From an uncultured Odoribacter sp. (GTDB lineage Bacteria > Bacteroidota > Bacteroidia > Bacteroidales > Marinifilaceae): a stretch of DNA of 64,000 nucleotides. The DNA lies in assembly GCA_944321165.1 (NCBI GenBank), contig CALUKE010000007.1:3961-67960 (forward strand), written 5' to 3'. Below, one piece after another: positions 19,185 to 28,722 of the stretch (the stretch's first letter is position 1; each line of letters starts with the position of its first letter). The notes below the pieces were generated by a model. It saw only the letters and a program-made list of their open reading frames with translations. It was not told the DNA's origin and did not search any database. A program made the translations under genes and the position numbers.

Positions 19185-20075
19185 TTAGATGTCCAGATAT
19201 TTCCCTTCCTGGTCGAATGCAGCTAAAGCCGCATTGACTGCAGGTGTATCTTCTTTATAAGTAACTCCGAACCATTTTGCGTTGGTTTTCAGTACTTTGA
19301 CATTTGCCACCTTGTCTTTGATCATTTTATCTACGACTTTCGGGATGTAGAATTCCGATTTCAGGTTGTCTTTGTTGGCCGGATAGAATTCGATGAATTG
19401 TCTTTCGATTTCACCGAATATTTTCGGAGTAAAAGCCCAGAAATTCATGGAAACCAGATCATCAGCATTCAGTACTTGTCCGCTTTCTTCATCTTTGATA
19501 CTGCCGTCTGCCTGTTGGCCTATTTTAGTACATTCGGTGACAGCGGTCAGATGCTGATGGTTATCGGTTTGGCAGATCCCTCGGGAGACTGTTCCGTTTT
19601 CAGACAAGGTGGACGCCAGACGATAACCTACCAGGCCAAATTCTTGGTCTGTCGCTTCGTTTGCCAAAAAGTCATGCGCTTGTACAAAAGCGTCACTTCC
19701 GTAAAAATCATCGGCGTTTAAAGCGGCGAACGGTTCGTGGATTACCTCTTTGGCACACCAAATCGCATGTGCAGTTCCCCAAGGTTTTTCACGCTCGATG
19801 GGTGGCATGCCGCCAGGCAGTTTGTCCATGCTTTGATAGCAATAGGCTGTTTGAACCATACCTTCTGCATATTTCCCCACAAAATCAATGAATTCTTTGG
19901 CAAAACTCTCTCGGATGACAAAGACTATCTTGTCGAATCCGGCGTGGACTGCATCATAAACGGTATAATGCAGCAGTGCTTTCTGATGCGGTCCCAGGGG
20001 AGTGATTTGCTTCAAACTACCGAAACGGGAACCCATGCCGGCTGCCATCACTAATAGTGTAGTCTTTTTTTTCAT
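19185..20075 (-). CDS. Sugar-phosphate nucleotidyltransferase family protein
   Basis: 296 aa. It has the N-terminal LVMAAGMGSRFG..KQ pyrophosphorylase signature. Substrate is not assignable. Confidence 0.7.
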   Translation of the reverse strand: MKKKTTLLVMAAGMGSRFGSLKQITPLGPHQKALLHYTVYDAVHAGFDKIVFVIRESFAKEFIDFVGKYAEGMVQTAYCYQSMDKLPGGMPPIEREKPWGTAHAIWCAKEVIHEPFAALNADDFYGSDAFVQAHDFLANEATDQEFGLVGYRLASTLSENGTVSRGICQTDNHQHLTAVTECTKIGQQADGSIKDEESGQVLNADDLVSMNFWAFTPKIFGEIERQFIEFYPANKDNLKSEFYIPKVVDKMIKDKVANVKVLKTNAKWFGVTYKEDTPAVNAALAAFDQEGKYLDI

Positions 20076-20147
20076 AGATCATTGTTTTATATAAGTGTCA
20101 GTGTTTTCTTGCTGACGAGTGAATGACAATGTGCCGATTCGCTGAAT

Positions 20148-22097
20148 TTATTTCAGCGAATCTCCATGCGTGTGTATATAGCGGGTGAATACCTCCATGG
20201 CTTCATATTCGGCCATCCCCAAACGATTGTACAAGTCGGCTGTGTTCCGGTTGCGATCTTCTGCCCGTTGCCAGAATTCCCGAGGATCATCTCCCGGATA
20301 GGCCGGGCCGTTGTTTTGAGAACCGTGTTTATAAATGGCTTTTCGTTTGATGGACAATTCAGCCGGACTGATGGGAACAGCCATGTCAACTTTTTCTATT
20401 TCCCATTCCATCCAGGCGCCGCGATACCACCAGGTGTTGCAGTCTTTAAACCAGTCATCCTGATCGATGATGTTGTAAGCCTGCAGGATGGCATCGAGAC
20501 ATACTCCGTGGGTCCCGTGAGGATCCGCCAGGTCACCGGCAGCATAGATTTGATGGGGTTTCACCTCTCGGAGCAGTTTGACAATAATGTCAATGTCTTT
20601 TTCTGACAGCGGATTCTTTTTTACCTTGCCTGTTTCATAGAAAGGCAGATTCAAGAAGTGAACTCGTTCCTGTGGTACTCCAATAAAACGGCAGGCTCCG
20701 CGAGCCTCTGCCCGACGCAATGCGGCTTTGAATGGCAACAGGTAGGAGGCCTCTTCATCCTCCGGTGAACGTTGGGCAATGTCGTGTTTGATTTGCTGGA
20801 AGGCTTTTTCCATCGTGGGCATATCTCCGCCGACCAGGTTTGTGAAAGTGGTGGCGATATCCATTTGCTGGTAGATATAGTCGTCGAAAACGGCGATGCT
20901 GCCGGAAGTCTGATAGGCAACATGCACTTCATGCCCCTGTTCTACCAGACGTGCGAATGTTCCTCCCATGGAGATGACATCATCATCCGGATGCGGGCTG
21001 AAAATCAATACTCTTTTAGGATAGGGATAAGCCCTTTCTGGGCGGGTGGAGTCATCTGCGTTGGGTTTCCCTCCCGGCCAACCGGTGATGGTGTGTTGCA
21101 GGTCGTTGAAAACCTGTATGTTCACTTTGTTGGCAGAACCGAACGTTTTGATCAAATCGGTCATCCCATTGTCGATATAGTCTTTGTTTTCGACTTTTAA
21201 GATCGGTTTCTTTACTTTCAGGCACAGCCAGATCACTGCTTTTCGAATGAGTTTGTCATTCCAGTCTACTTTGCTGACCAGCCACGGTTGGTTGGCTCGG
21301 GTCAATTCTTCAGCGGCACTTTCGTCGATGACGAATTGCACGTTGGGATGAACTTGCAAGAAAGTAGCCGGTACGGCATCAGTAACACTACCTTCGACCG
21401 TCGCTTTGATAATCGGCGCTTTTTTCTCTCCCCAGGCGAGTAAAATGACTTTTCTGGCTTTCATAATGGTGCCCACCCCCATGGTTATGGCCCGTGTCGG
21501 AACTTTATCTCTTCCGCCGAAATCTCCGGAAGCGTCTTTTATGGTCAGATCGTTCAAATATACCATCCGAGTCTTGGAGCTCGGGGTTGAGCCCGGTTCA
21601 TTAAAACCGATGTGTCCGGTACGGCCGATACCTAAAATCTGAATATCAATACCTCCTTCGGCTTCAATCATCCGTTCATATTCTTTGCAGAAATTTTCTA
21701 CTTCTTCTAAGGGAAGATTTCCGTCCGGAATATGAATGTTCTGAGGATCAATATCGATGTGGTCAAAAAGGTGGTGATGCATGAAATAGTGATAGCTTTG
21801 CTCTGATTCCTTGGGCATGGGCATGTATTCATCCAGGTTGAAGGTAATGACATTCTTGAAAGAAAGCCCTTCTTCCCGATGCATGCGAACCAATTCTTCG
21901 TATAGTTTGATCGGAGAGGAGCCTGTTGCTAAACCTAAAACACATTTTTCGCTTTTGGCTGCGTTACGACGGATTAAGTCTGCAATTTCCTGAGCGACCG
22001 CTTTGACTGCTTCTGTCGGTTTCTCATAAATCTGAACGGGTATTTTTTCAAACCGATTCGCACCTTCACCTTTTGCTATATAATTCTTAGTGATCAT
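20148..22097 (-). CDS. nagB: Glucosamine-6-phosphate deaminase, long Bacteroidetes form (NagB domain + LmbE/PIG-L-like domain)
   Basis: 649 aa. The N-terminal NagB motifs (LGLATGSSP, FNLDEY, LGIGRTGHIGFNEPGS) are followed by SPHPDDDVISMGGT (LmbE-type). Confidence 0.85.
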   Translation of the reverse strand: MITKNYIAKGEGANRFEKIPVQIYEKPTEAVKAVAQEIADLIRRNAAKSEKCVLGLATGSSPIKLYEELVRMHREEGLSFKNVITFNLDEYMPMPKESEQSYHYFMHHHLFDHIDIDPQNIHIPDGNLPLEEVENFCKEYERMIEAEGGIDIQILGIGRTGHIGFNEPGSTPSSKTRMVYLNDLTIKDASGDFGGRDKVPTRAITMGVGTIMKARKVILLAWGEKKAPIIKATVEGSVTDAVPATFLQVHPNVQFVIDESAAEELTRANQPWLVSKVDWNDKLIRKAVIWLCLKVKKPILKVENKDYIDNGMTDLIKTFGSANKVNIQVFNDLQHTITGWPGGKPNADDSTRPERAYPYPKRVLIFSPHPDDDVISMGGTFARLVEQGHEVHVAYQTSGSIAVFDDYIYQQMDIATTFTNLVGGDMPTMEKAFQQIKHDIAQRSPEDEEASYLLPFKAALRRAEARGACRFIGVPQERVHFLNLPFYETGKVKKNPLSEKDIDIIVKLLREVKPHQIYAAGDLADPHGTHGVCLDAILQAYNIIDQDDWFKDCNTWWYRGAWMEWEIEKVDMAVPISPAELSIKRKAIYKHGSQNNGPAYPGDDPREFWQRAEDRNRNTADLYNRLGMAEYEAMEVFTRYIHTHGDSLK

Positions 22098-22166
22098 AAG
22101 TAATTATTTAAATTTATATTGTCGTGAATACAAAGATAAGAAATCTTTGCTATTTTTATCAAGGAT

Positions 22167-23258
22167 TCAGTCTGAAAGTCCAGGATTCTTTGTTTCTTTT
22201 CCGGCCAGTTGTCCGCAGGCGGCATCGATGTCCTGTCCTTTGCTGCGACGGACATGTACAACCATGTGGCAACCTTCCAGGTATTTGATAAATTCTTCCT
22301 GGCGTTTTTCCGGACTGTGGGAGAATGCAGAGCCTTCGACCTGATTATATTCAATCAGGTTGATCTTGATAGGGAACTGACGGCAGTAGAGAGCCAGCGC
22401 CTTGGCATCTTCGAGGCTGTCGTTGATATCTTTGAGAAGCAGATATTCGAACGTCGGCCGAGTGCCTGTCTTCTCTACGAAATATTTCAGGCTTTCTGCA
22501 ATGGCACTCAAAGGATAGGCTTTGTTGATCGGCATGAGGGAACTGCGGACTGTTTCTTTGGCTGAGTGAAGGGAAACGGCCAGGTTGAACCGAACTTTCT
22601 CGTCAGCCAATTGTCTTATTTTATCCGGAATGCCTGCCGTGGAAACCGTAATTCGGTAGGGAGACATCGCCAGGCCGTCTTCGGCAGTGATCCGTTCGAT
22701 GGCCTGAAGCAGGTGTTCGTAATTTAACAGCGGTTCTCCCATTCCCATAAAGACGATGTTGGACAGAGGCATTCCTTGGGTTTCCGCCGCTTTTTGTGCC
22801 TGTATGACTTGCTCGAATATTTCACCTGTAGTTAGGTCGCGTTTAAATCCCAAATGACCGGTTGCACAGAATTTGCATCCTAATTTGCATCCTACCTGAG
22901 AAGATACACAAACGGTGAATCTTTGATTGCCGGGAATCAAAACACTTTCCACCAGAAAACCGTCTCTCAGGCGCCAGGCTGTTTTCCGTGTACCATCGGC
23001 TGCGGTTTGTACTTGAACAGGCCATAGGCAATCGAAATAGAAATGTTGGTTTAAAAGTTCACGGGTATTTTTGGATAAATTGCTCATTTGTTCAAAATCA
23101 GTGCTACCCCTTTGCCAGATCCATTGCCAGATCTGTTTCGCCCGAAAAGCTTTCTCGCCGTGGGCTGTTAAAAGAAGGGAAAGTTCTTCGAGAGAAATTC
23201 CCCTGATATTTTTTTTGTTGTTAACTCCGTCCATAATTATAAAATCCAAACCTTTCAA
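22167..23258 (-). CDS. rlmN: 23S rRNA/tRNA (adenine2503-C2)-methyltransferase RlmN
   Basis: Radical-SAM CKLGCKFCATG, FRAKQIWQWIW, MGMGEPL and the CGQL C-terminal cysteine motif. The start could instead be the internal ATG at 23234. Confidence 0.9.
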   Translation of the reverse strand: MKGLDFIIMDGVNNKKNIRGISLEELSLLLTAHGEKAFRAKQIWQWIWQRGSTDFEQMSNLSKNTRELLNQHFYFDCLWPVQVQTAADGTRKTAWRLRDGFLVESVLIPGNQRFTVCVSSQVGCKLGCKFCATGHLGFKRDLTTGEIFEQVIQAQKAAETQGMPLSNIVFMGMGEPLLNYEHLLQAIERITAEDGLAMSPYRITVSTAGIPDKIRQLADEKVRFNLAVSLHSAKETVRSSLMPINKAYPLSAIAESLKYFVEKTGTRPTFEYLLLKDINDSLEDAKALALYCRQFPIKINLIEYNQVEGSAFSHSPEKRQEEFIKYLEGCHMVVHVRRSKGQDIDAACGQLAGKETKNPGLSD

Positions 23259-23495
23259 TTTGCAAAGGTATTTTATTTGTGTTATTTCTAATTGAAATGT
23301 TTCTGTTTTTTTATTTTGTGACTTTTCTATTGTTAAAATAAAGTGAAAATCAGAGAAAGAACGGATTTAATTATATATTTGCACTAATCTTAACTTAAAA
23401 GTTATAATACTGTAGTAAAAGTTTGTTTTTCGTTAAGATGTTGAAGTTTGATGGTGCGGATATTATAATTTTAAAATTAAATACGATCAAAACAC

Positions 23496-25658
23496 ATGAA
23501 GAAATTATTTATTATGGCTCTTGCTCTGTTTGCTGTTTCGATAGTCAGGGCTGATGAAGGGATGTGGTTGTTGTCCAAACTGAAACAACTGAATATTGAG
23601 AAAATGCAACAGATGGGCTTTAAACTGACGGCTGAAGATATTTATGACGTGAACAAACCGGGAATCAAAGATGCGATTGTCGGTTTGGGGAATGAGGGGC
23701 GTCCTTTCCGGCATTTTTGTTCCGGGGAGATTATTTCTCCGAATGGATTGTTGTTGACGAATCACCATTGTGGTTTCAGTGCGATTCAATCTCATTCATC
23801 CGTAGAGCATGATTATCTGGCCAATGGCTTTTGGGCCTATAAAATGGAAGATGAACTGACGAATCCCGGTATTACGGCTTCTATCCTGGAACGCATGGAA
23901 GATGTTACCGACCGGATTGCTCCTCTGTTGAAAGACGATATGAGCGAGATGGATCGGACGGTGATTATCGATAGCATGTCTGCCGTAATTGTCAAGGAAG
24001 CTGTCGCTGGAACCCAGTTGAGCGGACAGGTGCAGGCCATGTTCGAAGGGAATCAGTTTTTCTTGTTTTTATATACCATTTATAAGGATGTTCGTTTGGT
24101 AGGTGCTCCTCCTCAGAGTATGGGAAAATTCGGAGGCGATACGGACAACTGGATGTGGCCGCGTCATACGGCCGATTTCTCTATGTTTCGGATTTATACG
24201 GCTCCGGATGGCAGTCCTGCCGAGTATTCCAAAGACAATGTGCCTTTGAAACCGAAACATTATCTGCCGATTTCCATCAAAGGAGTGAAAGACGGTGATT
24301 TTGCGATGATCATGGGGTTCCCGGGAACCACAGACCGTTATACAACCAGTTTCGGTTTGCAGAATACGATGGATGTAACGAATGATATCCGTTACAAAGT
24401 CCGGACCGTGAAATTGGATATCATGCGTGAAGAAATGGCCAAGAGTCCTAAGACACGGATACAGTATGCATCCAAATATGCCAGTTGTGCCAATTATTGG
24501 AAGTATTCCTTCGAACAGAACAAGGCTTTGAAAAATTTGAAAACCAAAGAGAATAAGGAAGCCATTGAAAAAGAGTTTACGGCATGGGTAAATGCAGATC
24601 CCGCCCGAAAAGCTGTTTACGGCGAGGTACTGTCCATGATCCAGCAGGGATATAAAGATATGCAGGAGTATTCGGTGGCATCGTCTTATGCCCAGGAAGC
24701 GCTGGCCGGCCCTGAAGCCCATCTCTTTGCTTATCGTGCCGGAAGAATGATCGAAGACCTTTGTGATAAAAATATCGCTTCGGAAGAAAAAGCCGGGACA
24801 AAAGAGATGTTGAAGGAAATGGCGAAAGCCTTTTTCAAGGATTACAATGCCGTGTTGGATATGAAGTTGTTCAGTGCATTGTTCAAAATGTATAACGATC
24901 AAGTCAACTCTGATCTGCATCCGGAAGTCATTTCCTGGATCAATAAGAAATACAAGGGAGACTATGATAAGTTTGCCGCGGACCTGTTGCAGAAGTCTGT
25001 TTTTATGGACGAGGCTGTTTTCCTGGCTTTTCTGGAAAAACCAGACCTGAAGAAATTGGAGAAGGATCCGGTATATATGGCTGGAAAATCTTTCTATGAG
25101 ATCTGGATCAAATTGTCGGCTTATAGTGGAGAAATGCAGGAGAAGATCGCCAAAGGCGACCGTCTGTTTGTACGGGGATTGATGGAGATGCAGCCGGACA
25201 AGGCCTGGGCTCCGAATGCCAATTCCACCATTCGTTTGACTTACGGTAAGGTGGGAAGCTACAAACCCCGGGATGCTGTTTTTTATGACTATTATACGAC
25301 CTTGACCGGAGTGATTGAAAAAGAGGGACCGAAAGGGGGAGAATTCGAAGTGCCCGAACGTCTGAAAGAGTTGTATGCTCAAAAAGATTTTGGACCGTAT
25401 GGTACCGATCACCTGTGTGTCAATTTTATCACCGATAACGATATTACGGGAGGAAACAGCGGTTCCGGTGTAATTAATGCCGAAGGTCATTTGATTGGTA
25501 CGGCTTTTGATGGAAATTCAGAGGCTATGTCCGGAGACATCGACTTTGAAGAGAATCTGCAGCGTTGTATCAATCTGGATACCCGCTATTTCCTTTGGAT
25601 TGTGGATAAGTATGCCGGAGCAAAGAATTTGATTGAAGAAATGACTATCATAAAATAA
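23496..25658 (+). CDS. S46-family dipeptidyl-peptidase (DPP7/DPP11-like)
   Basis: 720 aa with a signal peptide, DEGMWL, TNHHCG (catalytic His), and GGNSGSGV (catalytic Ser) near the C-terminus. Confidence 0.9.
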   Translation: MKKLFIMALALFAVSIVRADEGMWLLSKLKQLNIEKMQQMGFKLTAEDIYDVNKPGIKDAIVGLGNEGRPFRHFCSGEIISPNGLLLTNHHCGFSAIQSHSSVEHDYLANGFWAYKMEDELTNPGITASILERMEDVTDRIAPLLKDDMSEMDRTVIIDSMSAVIVKEAVAGTQLSGQVQAMFEGNQFFLFLYTIYKDVRLVGAPPQSMGKFGGDTDNWMWPRHTADFSMFRIYTAPDGSPAEYSKDNVPLKPKHYLPISIKGVKDGDFAMIMGFPGTTDRYTTSFGLQNTMDVTNDIRYKVRTVKLDIMREEMAKSPKTRIQYASKYASCANYWKYSFEQNKALKNLKTKENKEAIEKEFTAWVNADPARKAVYGEVLSMIQQGYKDMQEYSVASSYAQEALAGPEAHLFAYRAGRMIEDLCDKNIASEEKAGTKEMLKEMAKAFFKDYNAVLDMKLFSALFKMYNDQVNSDLHPEVISWINKKYKGDYDKFAADLLQKSVFMDEAVFLAFLEKPDLKKLEKDPVYMAGKSFYEIWIKLSAYSGEMQEKIAKGDRLFVRGLMEMQPDKAWAPNANSTIRLTYGKVGSYKPRDAVFYDYYTTLTGVIEKEGPKGGEFEVPERLKELYAQKDFGPYGTDHLCVNFITDNDITGGNSGSGVINAEGHLIGTAFDGNSEAMSGDIDFEENLQRCINLDTRYFLWIVDKYAGAKNLIEEMTIIK

Positions 25659-25672
25659 CAAAACCAAGCGTT

Positions 25673-26695
25673 ATGAAAAATTTAGATTGGAGTAAATTGT
25701 CTTTTGGGTATTCCAAGACGGATTATAATGTACGTTGTTATTATAAGGACGGCAAATGGAGTGCTCCGGAAGTAAGCGATTCTGAAATGCTGAATATCCA
25801 CATGGCTTCGACTTGTTTGCATTATGGACAGGAAGCTTTTGAAGGAATGAAGGCTTTCCGGGGTCAGGATGGAAAAATTCGTTTGTTCCGTTGCGAGGAA
25901 AATGCCAAACGGATGATCAGTTCTGCAGAATATGTGATGATGCAGGCTCCGTCGGTGGAACTGTTTACTGAAGCAGTGGTAAAGGCCATCGAGTTGAACA
26001 AAGAATATGTACCGCCTTATGAATCCGGTGCCAGTCTGTACATTCGTCCTCTGTTGATCGGAGTCGGACCTCAGATGGGTGTCGCTCCGGCAAAAGAATA
26101 TCTGTTTGTGGTATTTGTAGCTCCTGTGGGTCCGTATTTCAAAGCCGGTTTCAAACCGACCAAGGTGATGCTTGAGCGTCATTATGACCGGGCCGCTCCC
26201 AATGGAACCGGACATATAAAGGTAGGTGGAAACTATGCTGCCGGTATGCGTTCTGGCGAAGTGGCCCATCAGAAAGGTTATTCAACGGCCATTTTCCTGG
26301 ATTCCAAGGAAAAGAAATATATCGATGAGTGTGGACCGGCCAATTTCTTCGGTATCAAGAACGGCACTTACATCACACCGTTCTCTCATACCATTTTGCC
26401 TTCCATCACCAATGCCAGTCTGATGGTCTTGGCCGAGGACATGGGATTGAAGGTGGAACGTCGGCATATCTTGGTTGAAGAACTGGAAACCTTTGAGGAA
26501 GCCGGTGCTTGCGGAACGGCTGCTGTGATCAGTCCGATCGGGCAGATCGATGATCTGGAAAACAATAAGAGTATTTGCTTCGGTCAACCGGGGGTTCCGG
26601 GCGAATGGTGTACGAAATTGTATAACCGTTTGAGAGCTATTCAGTATGGCGATGAGCCCGATAAGTTCGGTTGGGTGAAAGTACTCGATTTCTAG
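25673..26695 (+). CDS. ilvE: Branched-chain amino acid aminotransferase
   Basis: 340 aa. Class IV aminotransferase motifs are present: FEGMKAFR, YIRP, KVGGNYA, CGTAAVISP. Confidence 0.9.
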   Translation: MKNLDWSKLSFGYSKTDYNVRCYYKDGKWSAPEVSDSEMLNIHMASTCLHYGQEAFEGMKAFRGQDGKIRLFRCEENAKRMISSAEYVMMQAPSVELFTEAVVKAIELNKEYVPPYESGASLYIRPLLIGVGPQMGVAPAKEYLFVVFVAPVGPYFKAGFKPTKVMLERHYDRAAPNGTGHIKVGGNYAAGMRSGEVAHQKGYSTAIFLDSKEKKYIDECGPANFFGIKNGTYITPFSHTILPSITNASLMVLAEDMGLKVERRHILVEELETFEEAGACGTAAVISPIGQIDDLENNKSICFGQPGVPGEWCTKLYNRLRAIQYGDEPDKFGWVKVLDF

Positions 26696-26732
26696 GGGAA
26701 TAGATTTTTAGAAATAATTAATTGACTCAGAG

Positions 26733-26766
26733 ACAATGTCCGCATTACGGCGGACATTGTTTTTTT
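26733..26766 (+). terminator. Rho-independent terminator after ilvE
   Basis: 11 bp perfect stem ACAATGTCCGC/GCGGACATTGT with a 6 nt loop, followed by TTTTTT. Confidence 0.7.
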
Positions 26767-26787
26767 GCATAAAAAATGCTCGAATGA

Positions 26788-26818
26788 TTTGGTTTATTAC
26801 GAAAAATTCGTAGATTTG
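26788..26818 (+). promoter_or_regulatory. Bacteroidetes-type promoter for the blaI-like operon
   Basis: TTTG (26788-26791), a 19 nt spacer, then TAGATTTG (26811-26818), 20 nt upstream of ATG 26838. Confidence 0.5.
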
Positions 26819-26831
26819 CGAAAAAATCGTA
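26798..26831 (+). promoter_or_regulatory. Two dyad-symmetric operator candidates for the BlaI-family repressor
   Basis: TACGAAAAATTCGTA (26798-26812, perfect 6-3-6 palindrome) and TGCGAAAAAATCGTA (26817-26831, one mismatch). They overlap and flank the -7 box. Confidence 0.35.
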
Positions 26832-26837
26832 AATATA

Positions 26838-27194
26838 ATGGAAAAACTGACCTTTCAAGAAGAAGAGTTGATGCTGATCATCTGGCAGCAACGGGAAGGA
26901 GTGATCAAGGACTTTCTGAATTGTCTGAAAGAACCGCGTCCTCCTTATACGACTGTCGCCTCTATCGTTAAGAATCTGGAGCGAAAGGGGTATGTACGGT
27001 CGAAGCGTTATGGAAATACTTATGTCTACTCGCCTTTGATAGAGGAAGGTGAATATAAGAATCATTTTTTGTCGGGAGTGGTTCGGAATTATTTTGAAAA
27101 TTCTTACAAGGAGATGGTGACTTTTTTTGCCCGGGAGCAAAAAATATCGGCCAAGGAGTTGAAAGAAATAATCAGGCTGATAGAAAAAGAGTAA
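26838..27194 (+). CDS. BlaI/MecI/CopY-family transcriptional repressor
   Basis: 118 aa winged-helix protein. The family pattern is present: L...E..LM.IIW, TTVASIVKNLERKGYV and a C-terminal dimerisation helix. Confidence 0.85.
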   Translation: MEKLTFQEEELMLIIWQQREGVIKDFLNCLKEPRPPYTTVASIVKNLERKGYVRSKRYGNTYVYSPLIEEGEYKNHFLSGVVRNYFENSYKEMVTFFAREQKISAKELKEIIRLIEKE

Positions 27195-27198
27195 ACAG

Positions 27199-28719
27199 AT
27201 GGATAATTTTTTGCATTATATGTTGCAGGTAAACATTGGGTTGGTGCTGTTTTATATTTTGTACTGGCTCGTTTTTTCGAGGGACACTTTTTTTGTTCTT
27301 CGACGGTGGTGTCTGTTTTTAATGGTGCTGCTGTCTTTCCTTTGCCCAGTCCTTTCTTTTTCTGCCTGGTGGCAGGAGGAGGCAGGGTGGCCGACCTTGG
27401 TGGCGGAGTATGCTGAATTTTGGGCAGAAACCGTTCCGGTGATACCGGAACAACCGGAGCTTCCTTTCTGGCAACAGCTGTTGGTGGGCATCTGGGGGAT
27501 GGGAAGTCTGGCTTTCCTGGGAAGAATGTGTTGGTGGCTCTGGAAAATCTGTTCTTTGGCCAGACGGGGGAAAAAACAGTATTGGCAGGGAGTACCGCTG
27601 ATTGTGCTGGACCGGTGTGCTGCTCCTTTTTCTTTTTTTCAGTGGATTTTTGTGGATCCGGCCCTTCATGGAGAAAAAGAACTGCGGGAAATTCTGCTGC
27701 ACGAATCTGCCCACGTCCGTCAATGGCATTCTTTGGATTTGCTGTGGGGAGAAGGGCTGGTGATCCTTTTCTGGTTTAATCCTGTGGTCTGGTGGCTGCG
27801 GAAAGAAATTCGGCAGAATCTGGAGTTTTTGGCGGATGAAAAAGTGATGACGGCGGGTGGGGACCGGAAAAATTACCAGTATCATTTGCTTCGTTTATCG
27901 AATCCGTCGATCGTACTACCTTTTGTAAATAATTTCAATGTCAAAATTAAAAAACGAATTGTTATGATGAACAAGAAAAAGACTTCCAGATTTGCTACGA
28001 TGAAGTATCTCTTGTTACTTCCGGTAGCCGGATTGTTGATATTGACAGGAAATCTGCAGGCGATGGCCGATTTGACTTTCCCGGAGATATCACTCTCTTC
28101 AGACCAGCATGCTCAACTCTATGAAGGACGGATTCTGGATGAACAACATCGTCCTTTACAGGGGGTGTCGGTGGTGGTGAAAGGACAGACGCAGGGCACT
28201 TTGACCGACCGGCAAGGACAGTTTTCTATCCGAACGGATTCCGGCAATGAATTGGTATTCAGTTATGTGGGTAGAAAAACCGTGTCGGTTGTATGTAAGG
28301 ATCAGTCGAACCTGGGTGATATCGTGCTGGCGGTCCAGGCGGTCGAATTGGACGAGATCGTAGCGATCGGGTATACTGCCGAACAGAAAAATACGGGAGA
28401 AGAGGAAGAAATCTTTGTTGTGGTTGAAGATATGCCGGAATTTGTGCAGGGAAATCTTTCCCACTATCTGGCACAACGCCTCAAATATCCGGCAAAGGCT
28501 CTGGAACAGGGAATTACCGGTCAGGTGCTTGTTTCTTTTGTGGTTGATAAAACGGGTAAAGTGACTCAACCGACCATTGTGCGGAGTGTCGAAAAATCCC
28601 TGGATCAGGAAGCCTTGCGGTTGGTGACGGAAATGCCGGACTGGAAACCTGGAAAACAGAGAGGGGTCCCCGTGGATGTACTTTATACCTTGCCGATTTC
28701 GTTTCGTTTGAATAAATAA
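27199..28719 (+). CDS. M56 (BlaR1-like) metallopeptidase fused to CarboxypepD_reg and TonB C-terminal domains
   Basis: N-terminal TMs and HESAHVRQWH (HExxH). A later TM is followed by YEGRILDEQHRPLQGVSVVVKGQTQGTLTDRQGQF, then a TonB_C-like end (PEF.GG...YLA..L.YP..A...GI.G.V.VSFVVDK.G....P.IV). Confidence 0.8.
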   Translation: MDNFLHYMLQVNIGLVLFYILYWLVFSRDTFFVLRRWCLFLMVLLSFLCPVLSFSAWWQEEAGWPTLVAEYAEFWAETVPVIPEQPELPFWQQLLVGIWGMGSLAFLGRMCWWLWKICSLARRGKKQYWQGVPLIVLDRCAAPFSFFQWIFVDPALHGEKELREILLHESAHVRQWHSLDLLWGEGLVILFWFNPVVWWLRKEIRQNLEFLADEKVMTAGGDRKNYQYHLLRLSNPSIVLPFVNNFNVKIKKRIVMMNKKKTSRFATMKYLLLLPVAGLLILTGNLQAMADLTFPEISLSSDQHAQLYEGRILDEQHRPLQGVSVVVKGQTQGTLTDRQGQFSIRTDSGNELVFSYVGRKTVSVVCKDQSNLGDIVLAVQAVELDEIVAIGYTAEQKNTGEEEEIFVVVEDMPEFVQGNLSHYLAQRLKYPAKALEQGITGQVLVSFVVDKTGKVTQPTIVRSVEKSLDQEALRLVTEMPDWKPGKQRGVPVDVLYTLPISFRLNK

Positions 28720-28722
28720 TGG

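Noticed and set aside
24069-25490. 473-aa ORF on the minus strand inside the S46 peptidase gene. Similar long antisense ORFs occur at 2592-3356, 11454-12143, 28156-29832, 33889-34731, 35695-36699, 43298-44239, 45061-46275, 46291-47880 and 59826-60776.
   Set aside because: Each lies fully opposite a gene with unmistakable family motifs. Their translations are low-complexity (rich in R/H/P/Q/I/F) with no recognisable domains. This is the usual shadow-ORF effect of codon-biased genes.
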